The notes beneath the pieces were generated by a model. That model did no database searches, was not told where the DNA came from, and was given only the letters and a program-made list of their open reading frames with translations. A stretch of DNA of 64,000 bases, from positions 1 through 64,000 of the forward strand of contig CBFDEM010000051.1 of NCBI GenBank assembly GCA_965603825.1. Direction: 5' to 3'. Of the stretch, positions 25,197 through 36,121 are shown piece after piece; within the stretch, counting starts at the first letter, position 1; each line of letters begins with the position of its first letter. Both the position numbers and the translations under genes were made by a program. This stretch comes from Blepharisma stoltei ATCC 30299 (taxonomy: Eukaryota; Protista; Ciliophora).

Positions 25197-26345
25197 TTAT
25201 TTCTTTTTGCACATACAAGTTCTCGTGTCTGCTCCACAGTCAAAACAAAAAATATAACTACACTGGCACCTCATCACGTTTGTCTTTTCCTCTTTTTCTA
25301 CCCATCGTCGGCAGTGAGGACAGGCTTTCAATTTTAGTCCTGGATAATATTGTTCTTGCTGGTTATTTAAATAATTTCTTCCCCACTGGTCGCATGAATA
25401 CCCTTTATGATAGTCACACCTACAAATCAAGCAGTATTCTCTTTTGCACATCGGGCATTGATAATACCCCTGGTCAGTATCAAGTATAAACATATTCCTG
25501 CAGTTGGGATTCGGACAGCTGCACAAATCAGTAGAGTTTTGGTCGATATAGTGTTTGAATGAGTTTTCTTCATAAGTTTTGAACTGGTCTCGAGTCAGCC
25601 GCGATTTTAAGTCTGCTAATGCTACTTCCACTTTGCAGTTTTGGCTGGGGCAAACCAATGGAAATTTGTATTCGTAAATGGAATTTTCTAAGTAGTCGAC
25701 CAGGCACAGCTTGTGGTGCAAGTGGCCGCAAGTCTCGAGCGGGTTTACCTCTTCTTCTGGGATGACCTCTTTGCAGATCCCGCATTTCAGAGCTTCCAGC
25801 TTTTTCTTTCTATCCTGTTCTTCTTTGTTCTTCTTTTCTTGCTGCTCTTTGGCTTCTCTTTCAGCTTCTAGTCGCTTTTGTTCTTGAAGTTTTCTCTTTC
25901 TTAAGACATCCTCTTCTTCTTCAATCTTTAGCTTTTTAATGACATCTAAGAGTTTTTGCTCTATTTCAGCTACTTGGGCATTGGAAAGTTTACTTTCTGG
26001 CTCAATTTTCATTGAATTACCTTCTTGTTTCTGCACAGACTGTGGCTTGGGTGGTTCTTCTTCATTTTTGGAGCTTGTCTTTTGGAATTTTTTAAGCTGC
26101 TCAGTCGCTTTATCAATTTTTCCCTGATAGATGTGGAATTCTATGATGGCTTTATTTGTATCGTTGAGCTTATTCCCTTCATACTTAGCTTGTATAAAAG
26201 CGAGGATTTTTAATATTTTTGCAAGCGGGGTGCTTGATTTTGCTTTAGCGACTCCAGCTATATAGAGTCCTTGGGGGGAAAGTCTTGACGAGTATTCTTC
26301 AATTGCGTTCAGATCTTCTGTGTATTCAGTTAAGGAGTCTCCCAT
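25197..26345 (-). CDS. RBR (RING1-IBR-RING2) family protein, Ariadne-like; catalytic Cys absent
   Basis: CGIC..CGHLHHKLCL..CPSQNC (RING1), CPNPNC..CPMC..CLIC..YHKGYSC (IBR), CPHC..VEKEEKTNVMRCQC..FCFDC (RING2). Coiled-coil N-terminal half. Confidence 0.9.
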   Translation of the reverse strand: MGDSLTEYTEDLNAIEEYSSRLSPQGLYIAGVAKAKSSTPLAKILKILAFIQAKYEGNKLNDTNKAIIEFHIYQGKIDKATEQLKKFQKTSSKNEEEPPKPQSVQKQEGNSMKIEPESKLSNAQVAEIEQKLLDVIKKLKIEEEEDVLRKRKLQEQKRLEAEREAKEQQEKKNKEEQDRKKKLEALKCGICKEVIPEEEVNPLETCGHLHHKLCLVDYLENSIYEYKFPLVCPSQNCKVEVALADLKSRLTRDQFKTYEENSFKHYIDQNSTDLCSCPNPNCRNMFILDTDQGYYQCPMCKREYCLICRCDYHKGYSCDQWGRNYLNNQQEQYYPGLKLKACPHCRRWVEKEEKTNVMRCQCSYIFCFDCGADTRTCMCKKK

Positions 26346-26428
26346 TGATTTCTGTTTCTTATATTATATATAGACATATTGAGAATAGAATTCGGAACTG
26401 TGAATAGAAATATATGCATTATTAAGAC

Positions 26429-27142
26429 ATGTCTTATGTAGGAGAGCGTATTGCGAAAGTTATGGCATCTCGAGGCTTGTGCTCCAGACGAGAAGCTGAA
26501 AAATGGATAACTCAGGGCAGAGTTAAAGTTAATGGTGCTACTCTTGTCTCCCCTGCTTTAAATGTTACAGATGCAGACACAATTTTGATTGATGATAAGC
26601 CGATTCCTAAACAAGATTTACTCCGCTTATGAAAATTCCACAAGCCAAAAGGCTACATCACTACTCACAGAGATCCGCAGAAAAGGCCCACTTTGTTTTC
26701 TCTTTTACCGAAAGATTTTCCTAGAGTAGTTTCTATAGGGAGACTTGATATGGATTCTGAAGGTCTTATTCTGTTAACAAACAGTGGAGAAATCGAGCAT
26801 AAATGAGAACTGCCTTTATATGGGTGGATTCGATCTTATAGAGCAAAAGTATTAGGCTCCGTTGATCAAAAAAAGCTAGAAAGTTTGAGAGACGGCATTA
26901 CTATTGATAATTTTCATTATAAATCAGCTATTGCAAAAATTGAGTCACAAGATGAAAAGTTCGCCTGGTTAAATGTGCAGTTGACAGAGGGAAAGAACAG
27001 AGAAGTAAGAAGAATTTTTGATTACTTAGGCTGGCCTGTTCAGCAGCTGATTAGAATTGGATTCGGACCTTTTGAATTAGGCAATTTGCAGAGTGGAAAA
27101 TTCGAAGAAATTGATCTAAGCAACTATAAATACTTACTTTAA
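26429..27142 (+). CDS. S4-domain RsuA/RluB-family pseudouridine synthase, 237 aa (2 TGA=Trp)
   Basis: GERIAKVMASRGLCSRREAEKWI..GRVKVNG (S4), RL(W)KFHKPKGYITT..DP, catalytic GRLDMDSEGLILLTN, LTEGKNREVRR, LIRIGFGPFEL. ORFs 26429 and 26885 are one frame. Confidence 0.95.
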
Positions 27143-27293
27143 CTATTCCTGTTTAAATAAAGTTTTTAATATTCACGATAGCGCAATGTTCAGCCCTTCG
27201 AAATTATTACTAAAGCAACCTAAAAGCTTAATATATTTTTATTAACATATTTGACTTACTTACACTTCAAACACGTAACCATTTTTCAATAAA

Positions 27294-29297
27294 ATGTATT
27301 CTCGAGTTACTTCCTTTACTCGACAATTTTGAAGAAGTCTCAAAGTCCCTCCTCAGCCTTCTCAAAGCCCTTCTTCTAACTTTTCTCTCTACCACACATT
27401 ATTTGCAATATCTGGCCTTTATCTTGCATATGACTATCATAAACAATTTCTTGAAAGCTGTGGGATTGTTGGGTATATCGGAAAAGAGCCCAAAGCAATT
27501 GAAGTCATTCTTAATGGACTCAATGAAGTCCAAAACCGTGGCTACGACTCAGCTGGAGTTGCAACATATCATGAAAATGAAGGAATGCGCGTCACAAAAT
27601 ATGCAAGCGGCAAAGACACGATTTCTGATTCAATTTCCAAGCTTTCAAAGGAAGCAGCTATAACTCATAAAGGCAGCAGGTTGGGAATTGGCCACACCCG
27701 TTGGGCAACACATGGAGGAGTTACAGACCAAAACGCCCATCCTCACTCAGATCACAAAAACAGGGTCTTTGTAATTCACAATGGGACCATTTCAAACACC
27801 CACGAAATTGAGGAAATATTAAAGCATAAAGGTATCCCAATCAAAACAGAAACTGACACAGAACTTATAGCACTGCTAATTGGCATGTATCTCGATGAAG
27901 GACATTCATTTAGAATTTCCACCAAGCTGGCATTGGAAAGGCTTGTCGGAACCTGGGGACTTGCCGCAATTTGTAGTGAAAGCCCAAATGAAATTATTGT
28001 CGCGAGAAAAGGCAGTCCGATCCTTGTAGGGATTGGTGAGCATGAGCTGTTTGTAGGGAGCGAACAATTAGCGTTCAGTAAGTATACAAATAAATATATT
28101 GCACTAGACGATGACGAGATCTGGACTTTAGACCCTGTTAAGATGGAGGTGGAAAAAGATAGAATTCAAACGGTCGCAGAAATCTCCAATGTGTCTTTAG
28201 GTCACTATACACATTGGACTTTGAAAGAAATTGAAGAACAGCCTGAGTCAGCAGCCAGAGCTTTGAATTATGGGGCTAGATTAACTCAGGACAGTGCAAG
28301 GCTGAAAGGGCTGGATGAGATTGAAGACGAATTCTTAAAGGTGAGAAACTTATTACTAGTAGGCTGTGGAACTTCACTGCATGCAGCTCAGTTTGGAGCT
28401 CAGCTGATAAGATATATGGGGATTTTAAACACTGTGCAGGCAATTGATGGGTCAGAATTAACCTCTTATGATATCCCAAGTGACCACCCTGGTGTCATAG
28501 CTATCAGCCAATCTGGCGAGACTAGAGATGTTGTTGGGCCTGTAGAAAAATTGGTCAACCAAGGAATTCTGACACTTTCTCTAGTAAATGTGGTTGGCTC
28601 CCAGCTAGCCAGACTTACAAAGCACGGAGTTTACTTGAATTCAGGAAGAGAAATAGCTGTGGCCTCCACAAAAAGCTTCATGAACTCTTGTATAGTTTTA
28701 GCTGAAATTTCCTTGTGGATGTCTAAACATCTGAAGCCCAACGACACAGAAAAAAGAAAGCAGCTGGTCCAAGCTTTGCTGGAATTTCCCATGCAGGTCG
28801 GATCAGTGATAGCACAGAATAAAGAAGCCATGAAAGAGCTTGCTGAAGAAATCAAAGACGAGCAGCATATGTTTATTCTTGGACGAGGCCTTGGGGAGTC
28901 TATTGCTAAAGAAGGGGCATTGAAAATTAAAGAACTCTCAAGACTTCATGCTGAAGGCTACCCTGGAGGAGCGCTAAAGCACGGACCTTTTGCATTGATA
29001 GGAGATGGGACACCAATAATTTTGATTATCCTTGATGATGAAAATAAAGACATGATGAACCTTGCACTTGCAGAAGTCACAGGTAGAGGAGCCAAAACAA
29101 TTGTGATTACACCAGATCCATCATTAATTACTGCTTCGAAAAAGCCTCACAAAATAGTAAAAATTGATAAAACTGGGCCATTATCAGCTTTGCTTGCAAT
29201 TATTCCGATGCAACTGTTGGGATATTATTTAAGTATTAAGAGAGACTTGGATCCTGATCACCCTCGCGGATTAGCTAAAGTCGTAACTGTAAGCTAA
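27294..29297 (+). CDS. GFAT: Glutamine:fructose-6-phosphate amidotransferase (GlmS/GFAT), 667 aa including a 55-aa N-terminal extension
   Basis: CGIVGYIG (Cys codon 27459), NRGYDSAG, GHTRWATHG, NAHPH, HNG, SQSGET, VASTK, EGALKIKE, LKHGP, PRGLAKVVTV. The only upstream in-frame ATG is at 27294, with one TGA in the extension. Confidence 0.95.
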
Positions 29298-30110
29298 TTC
29301 TTTATTTTATAGAAAAATCTTATCATCACAATTGATAATTTAAATTCTTGCTTTCTTTAGAAATTTATCTGATTAAAAAATTGTTTAGAATTGACATCTC
29401 TATCATATAGATATATGGTTTTAAATAAATCTAACTTATTATTAACTCTATCAGCTCATTATGGGTCCTGGCTAGAACTAGTATCCAAGTCCAATTGCAG
29501 GAAAATTAAATTTAATTCTTTTTACCTTTATATGGAAGCTATTTTTTGTAAAGATTAATAATTACCTAAGTATTTAAAAGAAAGATAAATAGATTTATAA
29601 TTGCTTGCGCAATTGCTTTGCTCTTTAAGATCATAATCATAAAATCCATATAAGGCGAGTTATTTTCAGTGATTTTTATTGATTTGAATTTTAAAACTTA
29701 AAGAACTTAGCAGACTGATCGGGAAAAGAGTAAATATAAGAAATCAGATAATATATAAGCTAATAATTAATAGAATTAAATAAAAAGAAGTTACTTCAAC
29801 TTCAGCTTCTAGTGGTTTGTTTTTAATATAATCTGATGCCCAAATTTAACTCTCTCCCAACTAGAACTCATAAGTTTGCTCTCGTCAATGAAGTTTTAAG
29901 CATTCTACTTGTTTATATACTTTCATAGAAGAGTTATAAATTTATAAAAGCAGGTCCTATCTATTAAAATTAATCTTTTGCATAAGCTGAAACTCAGCTT
30001 AAAATCATTCTAGGGTACAAGGAGTTACCCATTTTTTAATATAGCAGTGAATGAGATTTTTATGAATCTCTAATTAGCACCATAAACTTAATTTAGTTTT
30101 TTTATCAAAA

Positions 30111-31622
30111 ATGGGTTGTATATCTAGTAAAAAGAAAACAAAGCCAGAAGCACTACCAACTCAAGCAGAATACTCAACCGCCCAAAGTCGAGTCCTGAAG
30201 AAAGAAGAGCTAAAGATTGAAGCGTCAAATTTCGTATGAAAAGGAAAAGGCTCTATCAAAGACCACTACCGAATGGAAGAGCAACTAGGAAAAGGCGCTT
30301 TTGGTTTTGTTCGGCTCGCGACACATATTCCTACTGGTCAAAAGCGGGCAATTAAGACTATTCACAAGAGCTCTATAATAAACGAGGCTGCAGAAAGAAA
30401 TAAATTCATAAGCGAAATTGAAATTTTGCGAAAAGCAGATCACCCAAACATCGTAAAACTGTACGAGTTTTTCGAAGATGAAGAACACTACCACTTAGTT
30501 ACAGAACACGTTAAGGGCGGAGAGCTCTTCGATTACATTATTAAAACCAAAATGCTTTCAGAAAAAATAGCAGCTCATTTCATGATTCAGTTATTGAGCG
30601 CTGTCCTTTATTGCCACACAAACAATATCGTGCATAGGGACCTTAAGCCCGAAAACTTGCTATTGGAGACCCAAGACCACGACGCGAATTTAAAAGTCAT
30701 TGATTTTGGTACCTCTGCAATTTTTGAGCCTTGTAAAAATTTGACTCAAAAATATGGGACTGCATACTATATCGCCCCAGAGGTTTTGAGGAAGGACTAC
30801 AACGAAAAATGTGATATTTGGAGCTGTGGGGTAATTTTGTACATACTATTAAGTGGCAAACCTCCTTTTTATGGAAGAAATGACCGGGATGTCATTAGAA
30901 GAGTGGAAAAAGGGGAGTTCTCAATGAAAGGGAAAGAGTGGGAAGATATCTCACCGCAAGCCAAACAACTAATCAGCAAAATGCTGGATTTTAACCCGCA
31001 GACGAGAATTTCTGCAAGTGAAGCGATTCAGGATGAGTGGATTTGTAAGTACACAGATAAGTCAGATCTCACAGAAACTCAAGAGCTCAGGTCTCTTGAA
31101 GTCCTCAGGACTTTTCGGGCAGAAGAAAAGCTGCAGTATGCAGTTCTTTCTTTTATTTCTTATCAGCTTGTCAACAGAGAAGAGTCGAAACAGCTGACCG
31201 AGATGTTCAGGTCTCTTGACATAAACGGAGACGGGAAAATCAGTAAAGAAGAGCTGCTAGAGGCCTACTCAAAATCGCTCGGAAGATCAGCAGCAATTGA
31301 TCAGGTTGAACAAATCATGGCAAAAGTTGACGCAAATAACTCAGGATATATTGACTACTCTGAGTTTATTATGGCTGCAACTGCTTTGGAGACACTGATT
31401 AGCAAAGAAAACTTGAAATCAGCCTTCATGGCTTTTGATGCTGATGGGAATGGCAAAATCTGTGCGAAAGAGCTAAAGATGTTTTTGGGGAATGATATTA
31501 AAGTAAGTGACGTTGTGTGGAAAGATATGATTTCACAGGTCGATTTAGACGGCGACGGAGAAGTGGATATTAAAGAGTTCGAAACTATGATGATACAGCT
31601 CAGCCGGACCTCTGCTTTGTAA
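30111..31622 (+). CDS. CDPK: Calcium-dependent protein kinase, 503 aa, N-terminal MGC acylation motif
   Basis: ATG 30111 (MGCISSKKK) is in frame with ORF 30273 through one TGA. Kinase motifs GKGAFG, HRDLKPEN, DFG, APE, followed by four EF-hands. Confidence 0.95.
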
Positions 31623-31640
31623 ATTTATATTTATACAGAA

Positions 31641-33680
31641 TTATTTAATAAAGTTTTCTTTAAGAATTTCTTTTCCATTTTCAGATATTGCAGGAGAAAC
31701 TGCTCTGGAAGACCGAGGTGGCTTCCCTGGGTCAGTGAACTCTCTCTTATGTTTTCTTTGTGAGAGGGCGTCTTCATTGTTTCGGTCGCTCACTAAGAGT
31801 TCACCAGCATGCCTTAATAGATCTCGATCTGTCTTTTTATGGTTTCTGATTTTTCGAAGTCTGGGTGGCTTGGGACTGCAGTCTCTTTTTTCATCTGAAA
31901 CTGACCCTCCAAAGTCAGGGTCAAAATTTTCTGATTCCCCAACTGGTGTTTTAGAAATCCTTGGGAAATCTTCTGATTTGATTTGCTTCTTTTTATGGTG
32001 GCTTGAGATTAATGACAAGATATTTTTCTTTTTCACTGAAATAGGAGGTAAAGAATCGATAATTTCTTTTCCTAGTCCCAAGCTTAGCTGTTGCTCATTG
32101 CATGATTCATCAATATTTATGGTGGTTGATGTGACACCTTTTTCATCAGAATAAGCTGTTCCCCATTCCGAAACCTGTCCAGAAGCTTGTAAATTCTTTT
32201 TATGGCATGAAATTATTTCTTCTTCCTCCTGGTATGGATTGTTTGCTATTTCCAATAGTGAATCAAAAAAAGCTGTTGGCTGCTCTACCATAAGTGGAGA
32301 TTTCGGAGTCTCAGGGATTATTTGTGACTTTTTTTTGCCTGAGCATGAATGAAGCCTTAGTGACAAAATTTTGGAGATTGAGTTTTTTCTTTTATCTGGG
32401 CTTTGATTTTTCTTAGGGGAAGGAGATTTAAAACAGATTTGTTTTGAAGGTTTTGGTGTTGAAGGGAAGTTTTCAGGGTACAAAATGAGCTCATCTTCAG
32501 AAAACTCATTGTGAGTTGCGATGGTTTCTTCGTCTGAAAGTTTTCTTTTAGTGTTTTCGCTTTCTATGCAGCTATCGTTCAAGCCTTCATCAATGAAATT
32601 ATTTTGGCTGATATTGACTAAGAAATCGTCATAGTTTTTTAAGAATTCGCGGTTCTGTTGAGGCTTTTGGAAAAGTTTAGGCAACTCAGGAGATTTTTCT
32701 TGAATTTCTTCTGGGACTTTTGACTCTTCCTCTTCAATTTGGCTACTGCTGTTGAAGGCTGACTCATTGTCAAAAGATTGAGAGCAAAGCGAAGGGTTGA
32801 TTATCCCTTCATTTTTTGGTTTTTGAGGAGAGCTCGGATCAGCTTCTTCATAGCTTATTTCCTCTTCAACTAGCTTCAATGGTCTTTTTTTATAGCTTGG
32901 CAGTTCTTTTGGCAATATGTTGATACAATACGGCACATATTTCCCTTCATAGCTCTTAAAAATCCCTGCCCTTTTGCCAATTCCACAGATAAAGACCCTC
33001 AACGGAGCATCCAAGCCAATCCCAACCGCAAACTGAATTGCTGCATTTTTCATGATCTCGCTTCCATTAACTTGGACAATCATCATACACCAAAACGTAC
33101 AAATACCTAGCACCATAGCAGAGCACAATACTATTCGTTCTAATAAAAGCTCAAGTGTGTTTTTTAAGCTTCTCTGTTCTGCAGTAAACGATCTTTCAAG
33201 CAATAAATCAGGAAACTCACTTATATCCTGGCGACGATTCTGCTCATTTTTTATTCGAAAGTTAAAACTTGAAATAAATGCAGTCTGCGTTAAAGCAGTA
33301 AAAGTCATAGAAAAAATCGTTAAAAATATTGCAATTGCAATAGAAACAGGGATTGAGTACTCATTCGTGATATATGCGCAAGTGACATTTGTAAACCAGT
33401 TAAAAATAATATAGCACAGTAATAAAAATATATGACAAGCAGGTGGTAAATCATATTGGATATGGCTATATTTGAAAACTCCATAGTAAGGAATATATCT
33501 TGAAAGAAGCTGCCTATATGTGATCCGTTGAGTATTAGGCAGCTGCTGTGTAGGGTGAATAGAGAATACTTGATGAAGAAAGATGTCTCTGAGGATTTTT
33601 GAAGTCTTTAATGTTGAGAATAACGATGCTCCAGCAATAAAAAGCAAAGATACGGATGCAATCACTGCTATCTCTGACAT
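31641..33680 (-). CDS. Hypothetical multi-pass membrane protein with long disordered C-terminus, 679 aa
   Basis: Long uninterrupted ORF with several hydrophobic segments in the first ~240 aa. Confidence 0.8.
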   Translation of the reverse strand: MSEIAVIASVSLLFIAGASLFSTLKTSKILRDIFLHQVFSIHPTQQLPNTQRITYRQLLSRYIPYYGVFKYSHIQYDLPPACHIFLLLCYIIFNWFTNVTCAYITNEYSIPVSIAIAIFLTIFSMTFTALTQTAFISSFNFRIKNEQNRRQDISEFPDLLLERSFTAEQRSLKNTLELLLERIVLCSAMVLGICTFWCMMIVQVNGSEIMKNAAIQFAVGIGLDAPLRVFICGIGKRAGIFKSYEGKYVPYCINILPKELPSYKKRPLKLVEEEISYEEADPSSPQKPKNEGIINPSLCSQSFDNESAFNSSSQIEEEESKVPEEIQEKSPELPKLFQKPQQNREFLKNYDDFLVNISQNNFIDEGLNDSCIESENTKRKLSDEETIATHNEFSEDELILYPENFPSTPKPSKQICFKSPSPKKNQSPDKRKNSISKILSLRLHSCSGKKKSQIIPETPKSPLMVEQPTAFFDSLLEIANNPYQEEEEIISCHKKNLQASGQVSEWGTAYSDEKGVTSTTINIDESCNEQQLSLGLGKEIIDSLPPISVKKKNILSLISSHHKKKQIKSEDFPRISKTPVGESENFDPDFGGSVSDEKRDCSPKPPRLRKIRNHKKTDRDLLRHAGELLVSDRNNEDALSQRKHKREFTDPGKPPRSSRAVSPAISENGKEILKENFIK

Positions 33681-33764
33681 TTAAATTTGATATGAATTTA
33701 CTTAGTAAAACTGAATTTAAATTTCCGATTATTTAGCTATGAAACATTTTTCTTTCAAATTTAA

Positions 33765-35039
33765 TTAAGAAAAATTTCCATAATTATTAGTTTCAATTTT
33801 CATATCAAGATCTTCTTTCCTTTGGCACGTCCTAAAAGGAATTCCTGTAAACACAGGCTTATGGTCTCTCCAAATAGCCCCAGCAACTGGTCCGATATCT
33901 TGCTTAGTCCTTCCATTGACATAAGCACAAAAAATTCCATCTTCGTCGTTCATTTCGATTTCTTCTAAATTCACGCCCATGAGTTTCAATCTTTCCGTTA
34001 GCTCTTTTCTTCTATTTTCCTTTTGAGTATCACTTAGTTCTAGTTTTGGCTTTTTCAGCGGAATGATTACATCTGCTTCAGGTAGCGGCATTTCTTCTTC
34101 ATCGTCGTCCAATTCTGCGATTTTTGCTTTTGCCTGCTCATATTTTTTCTTCATTGTTGCTACGATTTTCTCAACTGGCCTTCGGGATTTGCCTTGTATG
34201 TAGCTATAGCAAGCAGTGCCTTCTGTGTATATACATTCATCTATATACCTGTCGCTCAGATTTTCTTGCTTTAATAAATATATTAATTCTGTTTTCCTTT
34301 TATCTTCCAGCTCCCTCTTTTGTGCAGAATTTGGAGCTCTTGGGTCTGATTTCGCCCTGGAGATTTTTAAAATGTCATCTAGATAATAAACAAGCATATA
34401 TTTCCCAGGGTGGAAAGGATCAGGGACTTTGAGGCCTTCAATTTCATGTTTGTTCAAATCGGCCTTTGTAACTGAATAGTCAATTTCTGCATTTTCATGA
34501 CTAATCATTTCGTAGCGAGGCAGTTTTGCACAGGTGTAGCATATAGAACGACGTAAGATTGGCAAAAATCGAAGCTTGTTTTCAGGACTTGCGCATTCAA
34601 AGCAAGTTTTAAATAGTAAATGTGCGTAAATAAAGCGATACCGAAATCCTTGCTTTTGGCGCTCAGTAAGCTCATTTGGCAGCGGGCTGCCTACAATTCC
34701 AGCTAAATCTTCTTCATTTCTGTACTGTGACATATTCTTAATCCTTTTGTATTCTTTTTCGAGGAGCTTGATTTTCCCTTCAGCAAGTTCTCCGAGAGCT
34801 TTCATTCTGTCAGGGTGCTTGAATCAGTTGCACAAATCCAGCCACAAAGAAGGATCCCAGACTACATTATACCAAGATTTGCAGACAGGGGCTAGCTTGA
34901 TAATATCAAGACCATGCATATATGTGAGAGGCTTCAATAAAACGTCTTCAGATTTTCCTGAGACTTTTAGCCGAGGCATAAGCACATCTGGAGCCAGTCG
35001 GATTTTGTGAGTGGATTGTCCGTATTTGTAGTCCCACAT
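33765..35039 (-). CDS. F-box protein with XPA/Rad14-like Zn-finger and DNA-binding module, ~424 aa
   Basis: ATG 35039 (start uncertain). F-box EDVLLKPLTYM..LDIIKLAPVCKSWY...DPSLW is joined by TGA 34824-6 to ORF 34805. Then CFEC..ICYTC..YEMISHENAEIDYSVTKADL..PDPFHPGKYMLVYY. Confidence 0.8.
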
Positions 35040-35195
35040 AAAAATTATGGGGGGTTCCTTCAACTAAATAATTTTTTGTTTATTAATGCAAAATGGTATT
35101 ATGAAATTTGTTGAGAAATTGCTATTGAAAAATCTTCGACAATTTGCTGATAAATAATGTTTCTTATTTTTTACAAATTTAAATTGGAATTAAAC

Positions 35196-35894
35196 ATGAC
35201 TAGTTTCAAAATTCCATTAGAGAATCTTGCTAAGAATTCTTATAAGTACTCTTATGCAAGGTCGCAGTCGGCTCGCTGTCGATCGGCATCACTACGAAAC
35301 CCTATTCTGCAATCTGACGAGCCTGATATCACTCCTAGATCACTGAGAGGAAAGGTTCCTGGATACATGGATTCTAGTCGATGGCTTAACGACCGACCAA
35401 AAGGTAAAGCTCTTGCTAAGCCCTCCACAAGCAGCACTTACAATATCTTAAGTTCTCAAGACCTTGCTACTTATAAGCCTACAAAGCGTATTTTCGCTCA
35501 AGAAAACCGAATCCCTGCAACTGAGCGTTCTTGTATTCGCTTAAGACCTCCAAGCCCAGCGAAGAATCCAATATTGCAGGCTGATAAATCATTCGAAAAC
35601 ATTGAAAAGCCATCAATAAAGATCCTTGATTCGCGACCTTCTCAAATAACTGAATATTCAAACATGAGGAAGTCACTTACTTCATCAGAGCTAGGACTAA
35701 AGAAAAATCTTTTGTAATTTATATTCAGCGCGCAGAGGAATCCAAGCAGGATATTCGACCAAGAAGGAGTTTGTGATCCTTTTGGCTCACATAGGAAAAT
35801 GGTTGATAACAGCAAGCAAAGCTCAGTTTCTGACTTGCTTTCGTATAAATATGCATTACAATATAGGGAAAACAAAGTCACAGGAAAAATCTAG
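35196..35894 (+). CDS. Hypothetical basic low-complexity protein, ~227 aa; exons 35196-35713 and 35729-35894
   Basis: The apparent TAA at 35715 lies inside a 15-nt intron; splicing extends the frame to TAG 35892-4. Confidence 0.75.
35714..35728 (+). other. 15-nt intron GTAATTTATATTCAG
   Basis: GT..AG with A10. Removes an in-frame TAA, and coding-like sequence continues after it. Confidence 0.82.
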
Positions 35895-36121
35895 TTTTAA
35901 ATAAATCATTATTGTTTATAGTTATATTAAATCTAATTGATTTTATATCATGATTATAAGCAAAATCCTAATCCTGTATTTTCATTAATAAGATTCCCAA
36001 GTGACGCTTATTTTCTTATGTCTTTTGAGTCTCCGAGTAAATAGCAACTTAAGCTCCGCGTTGGCTTTTCTCATCATATGCATAATTTATGACTTAGCCA
36101 TAAATTTAAATTCACATTCAA

